Source of the DNA: Chthoniobacterales bacterium
Lineage (GTDB): Bacteria > Verrucomicrobiota > Verrucomicrobiia > Chthoniobacterales > JACTMZ01
Assembly (NCBI GenBank): GCA_018883245.1
Contig: VEQL01000003.1
Location: forward strand, 80,478-144,477
Direction: 5' to 3'
Length of the DNA: 64,000 nucleotides
Shown: positions 19,130 to 28,269 of the stretch, piece after piece
How positions within the stretch are numbered: the stretch's first letter is position 1
Layout of the letters: every line of letters starts with the position of its first letter
The notes under the pieces: generated by a model
What the model was told of the DNA's origin: nothing
The model's input: only the letters and a program-made list of their open reading frames with translations
The model's database searches: none
Position numbers and translations under genes: made by a program

Positions 19130-21631
19130 ATGAAATTTCCACGAGCACTCCGAAGCTGCCCACTGGCCCGTTTCGCCTTCGTATTTCTCGTTTTGCCCGC
19201 GGTGCTCCGCGCGCAATCCGCGGCTCCGGCGCAAATCCCGAGTTTCCTCGGATGGATCCCCATGCAACCGGTCACCGCAGGACAAACGATCGAATTGGAC
19301 ATGCACCGGTTTTATTTTGCGGGGGGGAGCGACTTGGGGCTGGCCCTGCCGGGACCCGTCACGGGGCAATACAGTGCGGCTTTCGATGATCAGACCTTCG
19401 CCTTGCAAGTCGCTTTGGACAAAAAGGCGTCGGGGCTGATCGAGATCCCGCTCCGGTTTTTCAGTCACCCGCCCGAGGGGCCTGCGCTCGGGCGCAAGGA
19501 GACAGGCGTCGCGAGCATGGCTGCGGGTGGCGCGGCGGAGAAACCGGTGCTCGAGGGTGTGCTGCTCATCGGCGTGCGTCCCGCCGACGGCAATCACTTC
19601 GTTTACCGGCCCAAAGGGCGCAAAGTTGGCAAAGTCTGCGTGGCCGGCCAATTCAACGGCTGGAACACCACGTCGCATGAACTCAAGCCCGCGCCCGACG
19701 GATCATTCGAGCTTTTCGTTCCCATGTCCCCGGGTGCGCAGCAATACAAGTTCGTGGTCGATGGCGAATGGACGTTGGATCCCGAGAATCCCGAACAGGC
19801 CGACGACGGATCCGGCGGGCGCAACTCGGTGGCGCGCGTGGCTGCGACCGACCGCGGGAAACCCCCGGTTGTCTTTGCGCGCTCCGCGGAGAGCGGAAAA
19901 GTCGTCTTCCGTGCTGTGCGCGGCGGAAGCGGCATTGTGCAGGCTTCCACTGTCCTCCAGTTGCCGGATGGCAATAGCCGGCCGGTCCCGCACGAGATTT
20001 CCGGCGAGGATGTTGTCGTCGATGCCGCGGGCGCGCCCCCGGGTTCCTGGGTTCGTGCGGTGGTGAGTGATGCCAAAGGCAATGTGAGCAACGCTGCCCG
20101 CGCGCCGGTGCAAACGCCGGCGGAATTCCAATGGCAGGATGGCATCATCTACTACGCTTTCACCGACCGATTTGCCAACGGCGACCAGTCCAACGACCGA
20201 CCGGTCAACGACGAACGCGTGCCCCCGCAGGCCAACTATCAGGGCGGCGACTTCCAAGGTATCCGGCGCAAGATCGACGAAGGCTATTTCTCCGATCTCG
20301 GCGTCAATGTGCTCTGGTTGGCCCCGCTCAACCGGAATCCGGACGGCGCGTGGCAGGAATATCTCCCGCCTTACCGCTTTTACACCGGCTACCACGGTTA
20401 TTGGCCCGTTTCGCACACCGAGGCCGAGCCGCGCTTCGGGGGTGATGCGGCCCTCGAGGAAATGATCAGCGCGGCCCACGGCGGAGACATTTACGTCATC
20501 GCCGACCTTGTCCTTAAGCATGTCCATGCCGACCATCCTTTGCGCAAGGAGCGCCCGGAGCTTTTCGGGGCTCTCGAATTACCCGACGGCAGCAAGAATC
20601 TGCGGCGCTGGGACGACCACCAGTTCACCACATGGTTCGAGGAATGGCTGCCCGCGTTCGACTTCGACCGGCCCGAGGCGGTCAAATTCCTGATCGGCAA
20701 CGCGGTCGATTTTGCCGTGCGCTACAAACTCGACGGCTACCGTCTTGATGCGGTCAAACACATCAAGCCTTCCTTCTGGTGGCGCTACCGCACCGCCATG
20801 CGCACGGCGGTCGATCCCGGACGCAAGGTTCCGCTCTACAGCGTGGGGGAGACCTTCATGGACCGCGAAGGCATAATGCGTTTCGTCGGTCCCAACATGC
20901 TCGACGGCCAGTTCGACTTTCCGCTCTATGACACCATCATCGACGTCTTCGCCAAACGGAAAAGCGGTTTCGAGGAGTTGGAGAAATCGCTTTCGTCGTC
21001 GGAGTCGGTTTACGGCAAGGAAACGCTGATGTCGCCGCTGCTCGGCAACCACGACAAGGCCCGGTTCATGGCCTATGCGGACGGCGATTTGCCCGATCCC
21101 TCGGAGTCCGACGAGGAGGAAGTCGGCTGGAAAAATCCGCCGAAGGTCGATGACCCGGCGGCCTACGAGCGCCTCAAGCTCGGCCTCACCTTCGTGCTGG
21201 GTATCGACGGCGTGCCGATGATCTACTACGGAGACGAAATCGGGATGAGCGGCGCGGGCGATCCCGACAACCGCCGGATGATGCGATGGGGCGACGGGGT
21301 GACCGCGGAGGAAAACAGCGTGCGCTCGCACTTTAGCAAGGTGGCCAAGGCGCGACGGGAGCACCCGTCCTTGCGCTACGGAAGCAGGCGGCCGCTGGTG
21401 GCCGACGGCGACCGCTACGCATTTGTCCGCGCACACCTCGGCGACAGCGCGCTGCTTGCCTGGAACCGCGGCGACAATGTGACCGAATACAAATTCGACG
21501 TTGCGCCCGAGATGGCCGACGGAACCTACGCGGATGTGCTTTCGGGCCGGGAGATCGAGGTCAAGAACGGCGAGACCGCATTCAAGCTCGAGCCGATGAA
21601 GTCGGCGCTGTTTGTCGCCAAGAAAGACTGA
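19130..21631 (+). CDS. GH13 alpha-amylase family glycoside hydrolase with CBM48/E-set module
   Basis: ATG at 19130 gives a signal peptide (MKFPRALRSCPLARFAFVFLVLPAVLRA). CBM48-like segment VCVAGQFNGWN...YKFVVDGEWTLDPENP. GH13 regions KLDGYRLDAVKHI, YSVGETF, LLGNHDKARF. Confidence 0.8.
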   Translation: MKFPRALRSCPLARFAFVFLVLPAVLRAQSAAPAQIPSFLGWIPMQPVTAGQTIELDMHRFYFAGGSDLGLALPGPVTGQYSAAFDDQTFALQVALDKKASGLIEIPLRFFSHPPEGPALGRKETGVASMAAGGAAEKPVLEGVLLIGVRPADGNHFVYRPKGRKVGKVCVAGQFNGWNTTSHELKPAPDGSFELFVPMSPGAQQYKFVVDGEWTLDPENPEQADDGSGGRNSVARVAATDRGKPPVVFARSAESGKVVFRAVRGGSGIVQASTVLQLPDGNSRPVPHEISGEDVVVDAAGAPPGSWVRAVVSDAKGNVSNAARAPVQTPAEFQWQDGIIYYAFTDRFANGDQSNDRPVNDERVPPQANYQGGDFQGIRRKIDEGYFSDLGVNVLWLAPLNRNPDGAWQEYLPPYRFYTGYHGYWPVSHTEAEPRFGGDAALEEMISAAHGGDIYVIADLVLKHVHADHPLRKERPELFGALELPDGSKNLRRWDDHQFTTWFEEWLPAFDFDRPEAVKFLIGNAVDFAVRYKLDGYRLDAVKHIKPSFWWRYRTAMRTAVDPGRKVPLYSVGETFMDREGIMRFVGPNMLDGQFDFPLYDTIIDVFAKRKSGFEELEKSLSSSESVYGKETLMSPLLGNHDKARFMAYADGDLPDPSESDEEEVGWKNPPKVDDPAAYERLKLGLTFVLGIDGVPMIYYGDEIGMSGAGDPDNRRMMRWGDGVTAEENSVRSHFSKVAKARREHPSLRYGSRRPLVADGDRYAFVRAHLGDSALLAWNRGDNVTEYKFDVAPEMADGTYADVLSGREIEVKNGETAFKLEPMKSALFVAKKD

Positions 21632-21640
21632 CGCCGCGGG

Positions 21641-21991
21641 TCAGGCGGGCAGATTCTTCCAGACAAAAACGAGCACCGCGGCGAGAACCAGGCAAAGAAG
21701 CCAGAACTTCACCTGGGCCATCCGCACGTCCGGCTTCGCCCGGCGCCTCGAGCGCGCGTGCCGCATCGGTGTCGCGCCGCCGAGATAACGGTGATCCTTG
21801 GGACGCGGCAGGTCGATGGCCGCGACGTTGGCGGCCCGTAGCTTGACTTCCTGGACGGGCTTGGGTTTCGGCGCCTTCGGTTTGCGGCGCAGATTTTTTT
21901 CCATCTCGGCCATTTCGCGGACGAGCCGGTCATGCTCGTCCTGCAGACGCTGCACATGCTCGGATAGCGGATTGGTCGGCCGGCGGGGCAT
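21641..21991 (-). CDS. Hypothetical tail-anchored membrane protein with N-terminal coiled coil
   Basis: 116-aa ORF with ATG at 21991. Charged helical N-terminus (QRLQDEHDRLVREMAEMEKNLRRK), basic linker, and a single C-terminal TM (FWLLCLVLAAVLVFVW). No family recognised. Confidence 0.45.
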   Translation of the reverse strand: MPRRPTNPLSEHVQRLQDEHDRLVREMAEMEKNLRRKPKAPKPKPVQEVKLRAANVAAIDLPRPKDHRYLGGATPMRHARSRRRAKPDVRMAQVKFWLLCLVLAAVLVFVWKNLPA

Positions 21992-21994
21992 GGC

Positions 21995-22600
21995 TCAGGA
22001 CGCGAGCTGCAGGAACCAGAGAACGAGACCCAAGAGGACGAGAGCGCAGAGCGGCAGGGTGAATGCGAATCCCGCCATGAGCCAGTAGCCGAAGCCTTGG
22101 CCGCCGCCCTCGGTGTCGAAGGGGCTCGCCTCGCCGCCGGTCTCGGTGTCCGCGCCGATTTGAGCCTGGGCTTTGACAAAAACAGAACGCGCATCCTCCA
22201 CCGCGCCGAGCGCTTTCGAAAGTTCCTTGTTCAACTCCTCCGGGGCCCAGTCCTTGGGATTGATCGCTTCGAGCTCGTGCAGGTAATCGGTGAAACTCGT
22301 CTGCACGTTCTTGAGGATTTCCAGGCGCTTGAGTGTCTGGTCGGTCTCGCGTTGGATGGCGACGAGCGAGGAGGTGAACTTGTCCACCATCTCGTTGCGC
22401 CCGTTGTCGAACTGTTCCTGGCGACGGCTCAATTCTTCGAGCTTCGCTTTCTCCCGCTCCAGTTGCTCGGCTTGGCGCTTCAGCGCGATCAGGCGCTCTT
22501 GCGCCTGCGCGACTTGGTCGTCGATTTGTTCGATGCCGGGCGCTGCGGTGTCTTCATCGAGATTAAGGAAATCTTCGCGGGATGAGCGGTGTTCGGTCAT
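21995..22600 (-). CDS. Hypothetical tail-anchored membrane protein with long coiled coil
   Basis: The ATG at 22600 gives a 201-aa protein. Heptad-rich region (QAQERLIALKRQAEQLEREKAKLEELSRRQEQ) and a C-terminal TM (YWLMAGFAFTLPLCALVLLGLVLWFL). It lies 3 nt upstream of the 21641..21991 gene. Confidence 0.45.
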   Translation of the reverse strand: MTEHRSSREDFLNLDEDTAAPGIEQIDDQVAQAQERLIALKRQAEQLEREKAKLEELSRRQEQFDNGRNEMVDKFTSSLVAIQRETDQTLKRLEILKNVQTSFTDYLHELEAINPKDWAPEELNKELSKALGAVEDARSVFVKAQAQIGADTETGGEASPFDTEGGGQGFGYWLMAGFAFTLPLCALVLLGLVLWFLQLAS

Positions 22601-22802
22601 AGGTCGGTCTCCGACCGGAAGGTAGGTTCCACGCCGCGTGTCAGGCGAGAAAAAATTCGACGCGTTGGCCCATCCCACAGGCCTCGCGGAGCACACGGGC
22701 TTCGCCCGGCATTCATGAATGAAAGAGTCGTCGAAGAGGGCAGCCGATGACCATGGCGGCGCAGGCTTGCGCCCTTCGGCAGCAAATCCGAGAGTATGCG
22801 TC

Positions 22803-23165
22803 ATGGTCACGCTCTCACTCGATCAAGCCTCGGGCGTCCTTTTGCTGCACCCCGCGGGTCCTTTGACCGCGGAAGATTTCACGCAAATTGCCGCGACCGC
22901 CGACCCGTTCATCGAATCCAACGGCAGTCTCAAGGCCGTTGTCATCGAGGCCGCGCATTTTCCCGGATGGGAAAACTTCGGCGCGGCGGCGAGCCACTTC
23001 CGCTTCATCCGCGATCACCACCAAAAGATCCGCAAGGTTGCCATCGTCACCGATTCGCCGCTCGGCGCCGCGGCCGAACACCTGGGCTCTCACTTCGTGG
23101 CCGCCGAGATAAAGCATTTCCCGTCGTCCAGATCGTCCGAGGCGAAAGCCTGGGCTTCTGCATAA
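22803..23165 (+). CDS. STAS/SpoIIAA-like (DUF3478-type) domain protein
   Basis: ATG at 22803. The 120-aa protein with the pattern ...LKAVVIEAAHFPGWENFGAAASHFRFIRDHHQKIRKVAIVTDS... is typical of SpoIIAA-like STAS_2 proteins. Confidence 0.6.
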   Translation: MVTLSLDQASGVLLLHPAGPLTAEDFTQIAATADPFIESNGSLKAVVIEAAHFPGWENFGAAASHFRFIRDHHQKIRKVAIVTDSPLGAAAEHLGSHFVAAEIKHFPSSRSSEAKAWASA

Positions 23166-23266
23166 CCACACGATCCCCAACGGCGTTGAATCACGCGGGC
23201 GTTCGCAGACCGTCCGGGCCAGCGCTCGGGTGTTGGTTGTCGACGCGGGATGCGCGTTGAAACTTC

Positions 23267-25516
23267 TCAGGCTTTCTTCGACCGGCGCCAGCGAACAAAG
23301 CCCGCGCCGCCGAGCAGCATCGCGGCGGCAGCCCACGTGCCGGGTTCGGGGATGATGCCGAACTTGAGGTCCAAGTTGTTGCCGTTCTGGACCAGATAGA
23401 AGCTGCCCTCGCCGAGCGGGTTGAGGAACCCGCCCGTTCCGTTGAAGGCTGCGACGTTCAGATTGAAGTTAGTGCTGTTGAAGCCATTGATGCCGCCGGC
23501 CGCGTTGAGGATGGTCCAAGTGTAGGTGGTCAACTTGTTCGTGGGTGCGGTGAAATTGACCGCGTTACCGTTGGTGTCGGGTGAAACGCCGGAGAGCGAC
23601 CAGAGGTTGATGTTGAACTTGTTCGTATCCGAAAGGCCGGTCAGGTCGAGCGCGCCCGTGATATTGATCAAGTCCCAGCCGGTCGAACTGCCCGCCGCGC
23701 CGGTCGCGTCATGGATTTGCCAGTTGTAGTTGCCGCCGCCGTCCCACGTGGCGTTGCCGGCGATGGTTTGCGTGCCGGGTGAATTGCCCGGGCTGATCGT
23801 GCCGCCGGAGCCGACGATGAGGCCTCCGATCGATCCCGAACCACCGAGGGTGGCTCCGCTTTCCACGGTGAAAATGCTGCTATTGACCGCCCCGTTCACC
23901 ACCATGGTCCCGCCGCTCACGGTCGTCGCGCCGGAATAAGTGCTGGTGCCGGAGAGGGTGAGTGTGCCCGCGCTGTTTTTCGCCAGGCTTCCCGCGCCCG
24001 AGATCGCGCCGGACGAATTGCCCGATTGGACGGTCACGACTGTCGCGTTGCTGATGTTGATGTTGCCGCCGGTGTAGGATTTCACGGCAGTGTTGGCTCC
24101 GGTGACATTGACCGTGCCACCCGAGACGTTGGTGATCGTGGTGTTGTTGCCCGCCACGTTGAGTGTCGCGGTGCTGGTGACGGAAGCCACCGTGCTGTTC
24201 GCCGAGGAGAGTGTCGTCGTGCCCGCGTTGAACTGCGCGCCGCTGACGGTGCCGGCATTGGTCAGCGTGCCGCCGTTGATGATCAGGGCATTGGCGATGC
24301 TGAAGTTGGCGAGGTCCAGCGTGGTGCCGCTGGCCAGCGTGACCGAACCGGACCCGAAGGCCGACGCGTGGCCCGCCGTCAGTGTCCCCCCGTTGAGCAA
24401 CGTGCCGCCGCTGAAGGAATTGGAGGCCGCCAGCGACAATTCGCCGTCACCGGTTTTGGTCAGGCCGCCGGCGCCGCTCATGGCGCCGCTCACGGTCGTG
24501 TTGTTGCTGCCGCTGATGGTGAGCTGGTTGCCGTTGTTGTTGATGGCGCCCGCGAAAGTGAGTTCGCCCGCGGAGGCGTCGAAGGTTTGCGCCGCTCCCA
24601 ACGTGACCTGGTTGGAGAAGGTCTGGCCGTTGGCACTGAGGTTGACGATGCCGTTCGAAACCGTCATGGCATTGCCTGAAATGGAGAAATTTCCGGCGGT
24701 GTTGGTGAAGATGATGCTTTTGAGCTGCAGCGACGAGGAGGAGTTGGTGGTGTTGGTCATCCACGCACCCGCAAAGACCAGCGTGTCGCCGTTCATCGGC
24801 GTGTTGTTGCCGTTCCAGTTGCCATAGGCATTGGTGCTTTCGTAATCATTCCAATTCCCGGTGAAGAGGTCGCCGATCCAAGTCAAAGTGGAGGCCGCGC
24901 GGAGGGTGGCGGTGCCGCTCAGACTGGGGTTCTGGTTGGTTCCGCCTGTCGCGCTGATGGCGGTAGCTCCCTGGTTCCAGCCGTCTCCCCAGGCGGCGGC
25001 ACGAAACGTAGTCATCGTGGTGGCCGCGTTGGATGCGAAAGTGACGTTGAGCGGAGCACCGCCCGCATTCGTGCTGACCGAGTCGGTCGAGGCCAGTGCG
25101 GTGGCGTAATTGTCCCTGTTCCAATACCAACCGGCGCTGGTTCTGCCGTTTGTGGTCCGGTAGAAAATACTGTCGAGGGCCGAGAAACTGAGGGAGTAGT
25201 TGGCCGCCGGCGAGACGGTGAATTGGAAATAATCGCCATTGAGCAATGCCATGGAAGCGCTGCTCGCGCCGAAGCTGTTGGCGGCGAGCGTGTTCAGGAC
25301 ATTGACGGGAGAGATGCCGTAGCCCAGAGTCAGGGGCGTCGCCGCTACACCTGTGGCCGCGTAATTCGTGGCAGCGCTGGCTTGGCCGCCTGTGTCGTAA
25401 ACGCCCCATCTCACGAGATTCGACTGCGCCCAGCCCGGAGAACTTGCGGTGGCAAGCAGCAGAGTGGCGAGGAGGAGACTGCGGTGGAGACCGCTCGGCT
25501 TGGGCTTCGTAGTCAT
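23267..25516 (-). CDS. Autotransporter-associated beta-strand-repeat protein with PEP-CTERM sorting signal
   Basis: 749 aa with a signal peptide. Repeated G-x-L-x-L/T-G-x-N-T-Y-S-G-x-T units (e.g. GTLTLSGTSTYSGATTVSGGTMVVNG). C-terminal IPEPGTWAAAAMLLGGAGFVRWRRSKK (PEP motif, TM, basic tail). Confidence 0.8.
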   Translation of the reverse strand: MTTKPKPSGLHRSLLLATLLLATASSPGWAQSNLVRWGVYDTGGQASAATNYAATGVAATPLTLGYGISPVNVLNTLAANSFGASSASMALLNGDYFQFTVSPAANYSLSFSALDSIFYRTTNGRTSAGWYWNRDNYATALASTDSVSTNAGGAPLNVTFASNAATTMTTFRAAAWGDGWNQGATAISATGGTNQNPSLSGTATLRAASTLTWIGDLFTGNWNDYESTNAYGNWNGNNTPMNGDTLVFAGAWMTNTTNSSSSLQLKSIIFTNTAGNFSISGNAMTVSNGIVNLSANGQTFSNQVTLGAAQTFDASAGELTFAGAINNNGNQLTISGSNNTTVSGAMSGAGGLTKTGDGELSLAASNSFSGGTLLNGGTLTAGHASAFGSGSVTLASGTTLDLANFSIANALIINGGTLTNAGTVSGAQFNAGTTTLSSANSTVASVTSTATLNVAGNNTTITNVSGGTVNVTGANTAVKSYTGGNINISNATVVTVQSGNSSGAISGAGSLAKNSAGTLTLSGTSTYSGATTVSGGTMVVNGAVNSSIFTVESGATLGGSGSIGGLIVGSGGTISPGNSPGTQTIAGNATWDGGGNYNWQIHDATGAAGSSTGWDLINITGALDLTGLSDTNKFNINLWSLSGVSPDTNGNAVNFTAPTNKLTTYTWTILNAAGGINGFNSTNFNLNVAAFNGTGGFLNPLGEGSFYLVQNGNNLDLKFGIIPEPGTWAAAAMLLGGAGFVRWRRSKKA

Positions 25517-25578
25517 GGTAGTAGTTCAGAAATTGCTGCGCTCATGATCGCAGCTTGAGAAAGATGCACGAGATTTTT

Positions 25579-25609
25579 GGGACGAATCGGTGGAAAAGCG
25601 GGACGAATC
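25579..25609 (-). promoter_or_regulatory. Candidate LytTR-type operator: two GATTCGTCCC repeats (read on the minus strand) with 21-bp periodicity
   Basis: The plus strand reads GGGACGAATC at 25579-25588 and again at 25600-25609. The reverse complement matches the element at 28270-28300 at 26 of 31 positions, including the spacer. It lies in the divergent intergenic region between 23267..25516(-) and the HK gene. Confidence 0.5.
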
Positions 25610-25688
25610 TGCGGAAGGTCACGGTGTGGTGCGCGATGACCTTTACGCGGTCTTGTCTTTTGCGTCCTCCGCGCGTTACGTGCGCGTG

Positions 25689-27524
25689 ATGTCACGACCG
25701 GTCCGGATCACGCCTTGGTGTTTGTGCGTCGCGCTGTTTGTGTGGTTGCCGGCGATGGCGCGTGCGGCGGAACCGTCGCCGGTGGTCATCGACGGGCAGC
25801 CTTTTCTCGCCGAGCTCGGACCGCATCTCGCGTTGCTGCAGGACCCCTCGGGCGCGCTGACGATCGATGACGTGCTGACACCGGGGCAGGCTTCGCAGTT
25901 CGTGCCCGCATCCGTGCCGGTGCCGACGTTCGGCTTCACCAAGGCCGCGGTCTGGATGCGCTTCGAGATCGAATCGCGCAGCGCGCGTGACGAACCGCTA
26001 ATGGTCGAGTTGGGTATGGCGCGGATGAGCCGGTTCGAATGGTATGTGGTGGCCGACGGCCGGCTCGAGCAGGGCAGGCAAACGAACCACCGACCGGGTT
26101 CATTGCGGAGCGGGGATGGCTGCCGATATCCGACGTTGTCGCTGGTTGTGCCGGCCGGCGGGAAACGGACGGTCTTGGCGCGTGCGCAGACGGATACCTC
26201 GATGTGGTTGCCCTTGACCGTGGGGTCGCCGCTGGAGTTCGACAATTTCACCGCGCGGCGCGACTTCCGCGATTTCGTGCAGGTGGGATTTTGTGCCGCG
26301 TTGTCTTTGCTCGGATTCGGGCTCTGGCTGGCGGGCGGGCGCAACCGGCAATTCCTCGGCGTGGGGGTGGCCATGGCCTTCGGGTTGCTGCATGCGATGA
26401 TCTTCAACGGTCTCTATGTCTGGTTCGGTGGCCCGTGGCCTGAGTGGTTCTCGCGTCAGGGTGCGCTGCTCTGCTCCATGCTCTTCACCATCGTCTTCAT
26501 CAAATTCAACGAAGACTTCCTCGGCTGGAACGCATTGTGCGCGGCGCAGAGGCGGGTGTTGGCGGCCAGCTATGTCGTGGGCGCTATCGCGTTGGCCATC
26601 GGACTTTTTCTGCCCTACGGCATCGCGGTGAAATTCCAGTTGCCGCTGCAGCTTCTCGCTCTCGGCGGTGCGGCCGGCGTGGCCGCGACGCAGTGGGTCC
26701 GTTGCCGGGGTGCACGCCTCGGCTTGTTCACCACCGCGTGGCTCATTTTTCTCGGATCGCTCGGTCTGCTCGTCATGCAGTTCAACGGCCTTCTTCCCGT
26801 GCTCCTGTCGCCGGCCGACGTGATGCGCATTATTGTGCCTTCGGTCTTCGTGGTTTTCCTGCTGGCCAGCGCCAATTCCTACCGCGCCGTCCTGCAGATG
26901 CAGACGCAGGTGGCGGAATTGCGCGAGGCCGAGACGTCGGCTCGTCTCGAGTCGCTGCGCTACCAGCTCAATCCGCATTTTCTGTTCAACACGCTCACCT
27001 CGATCCAGGAACTTGCGCACGAGGCACCGGCGCGCATCCCGCCTCTCGTCGCGCGTCTGGCCGACTTCCTGCGTCTACGACTCAAGCCGGAGCCGTTGCC
27101 CGTCATCACTCTGGCGAAGGAGTTGGAATCGGTGCGCTCCTACCTCGAGATCGAGCAGGTGCGCTTCGAGGAGCGGCTGAAGGTCGACTATGACATCTCT
27201 GCCGAGGCCGCCGCCTGTGCGTTGCCCGAGATGGTGCTCATGCCTCTCGTCGAGAATGCCGTGAAATACGGCTTCGAAGATTCCGACCGCGTCGGGATCC
27301 GCCTGATGGCGCGCGTGCAGGACGGCCGCTTGAACATTCGGGTGGAGAACAACGGTTCGTTGCACGAGGGGCGTCGCCGCGGCTCCGGCGCCGGGGTGGG
27401 GGTGGAAAACATCCGGCGGCGCCTCGAACTGCGCTACGGCAGCGCGGCCCGTTTCGATTTGCGGCAGGAGGGCGGACACGTGGTGGCGGAGGTGGAAATT
27501 CCGGCACAGACCCCGCAAGTATGA
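25689..27524 (+). CDS. Sensor histidine kinase, 7TMR-DISM-type N-terminus with LytS/His_kinase + HATPase C-terminus
   Basis: ATG at 25689 gives a signal peptide. A periplasmic beta-rich domain is followed by about 7 TM helices, then LNPHFLFNTL (LytS-type phosphoacceptor) and an ATPase with the NAVKYG box. Stop overlaps the RR start (ATGA). Confidence 0.85.
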   Translation: MSRPVRITPWCLCVALFVWLPAMARAAEPSPVVIDGQPFLAELGPHLALLQDPSGALTIDDVLTPGQASQFVPASVPVPTFGFTKAAVWMRFEIESRSARDEPLMVELGMARMSRFEWYVVADGRLEQGRQTNHRPGSLRSGDGCRYPTLSLVVPAGGKRTVLARAQTDTSMWLPLTVGSPLEFDNFTARRDFRDFVQVGFCAALSLLGFGLWLAGGRNRQFLGVGVAMAFGLLHAMIFNGLYVWFGGPWPEWFSRQGALLCSMLFTIVFIKFNEDFLGWNALCAAQRRVLAASYVVGAIALAIGLFLPYGIAVKFQLPLQLLALGGAAGVAATQWVRCRGARLGLFTTAWLIFLGSLGLLVMQFNGLLPVLLSPADVMRIIVPSVFVVFLLASANSYRAVLQMQTQVAELREAETSARLESLRYQLNPHFLFNTLTSIQELAHEAPARIPPLVARLADFLRLRLKPEPLPVITLAKELESVRSYLEIEQVRFEERLKVDYDISAEAAACALPEMVLMPLVENAVKYGFEDSDRVGIRLMARVQDGRLNIRVENNGSLHEGRRRGSGAGVGVENIRRRLELRYGSAARFDLRQEGGHVVAEVEIPAQTPQV

Positions 27525-28255
27525 AGCCGGTGCGTTGCCTCGCTGTCGATGACGAGCGCCTTGCGCGCCGGCATGTCGTGCGTTTGCTTTCCACGCGCCC
27601 GGACATCGTGGTGGTGGGCGAAGCGGGCAGCAAAGCCTCCGCCCTGCGGGCCATTCGCGAGCACCAACCGGAATTGCTCCTGCTCGATGTGCAGATGCCG
27701 CGCGGTGGCGGTTTCGACGTGCTTGCCGCCTTGGACAACCCCCCGCATGTGATCTTCGTCACCGCATTCGACCGTCACGCCACCCACGCCTTCGAGGTCA
27801 ACGCGATCGACTTCCTCCTCAAACCGATCAACGAGGAACGTTTCCACCGTTCCCTCGATCGCGCGGTGCGGCTCATCCGCAGCGGCGCACTCGATGTCGC
27901 GGCGGTCAGGCCGCAATTGCAACCGGACGATCTCGCGCTCGTGCCGCTCGGCGGATCGGGGCGCTTTGTCGGCGTGGACGACATTGTTCTTGTCGAAGCC
28001 CAGGGAAATTACTCGCGCATCACCACGCGCGACGGGAAACACCTCACCGCGCGGCAGACGCTCAAGCAGTGGTCTGCCTGCCTGCCGCCGGAAATGTTCG
28101 TGCAGCTCGATCGCGGGCTTATCGTCAATCGTCACTGCATCCGCACGGCCGAATTTTCCGTGCGCTCGGCGCTGGTCAGGCTCGGGGAGCACGGCCAGAA
28201 ACTGCATTTGGGTGCGGCCGCGGCCTCGCGCTTGCGCGAATTGCTCGCGCCTTGA
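27521..28255 (+). CDS. LytTR/AlgR-family response regulator
   Basis: Receiver domain (VDDERLAR..., LLLLDVQMP, FVTAFD). C-terminal LytTR DNA-binding domain (LVEAQGNYSRITTRDGKHLTARQTLKQW). Confidence 0.9.
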   Translation: MKPVRCLAVDDERLARRHVVRLLSTRPDIVVVGEAGSKASALRAIREHQPELLLLDVQMPRGGGFDVLAALDNPPHVIFVTAFDRHATHAFEVNAIDFLLKPINEERFHRSLDRAVRLIRSGALDVAAVRPQLQPDDLALVPLGGSGRFVGVDDIVLVEAQGNYSRITTRDGKHLTARQTLKQWSACLPPEMFVQLDRGLIVNRHCIRTAEFSVRSALVRLGEHGQKLHLGAAAASRLRELLAP

Positions 28256-28269
28256 GACATTATCGCGCC

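Noticed and set aside
15946-19302. 1118-aa minus-strand ORF
   Set aside because: It runs antisense to the GH13 amylase gene and overlaps the permease. The translation is Arg/Pro/Gly-rich with no motifs. The plus-strand product has all four GH13 conserved regions.
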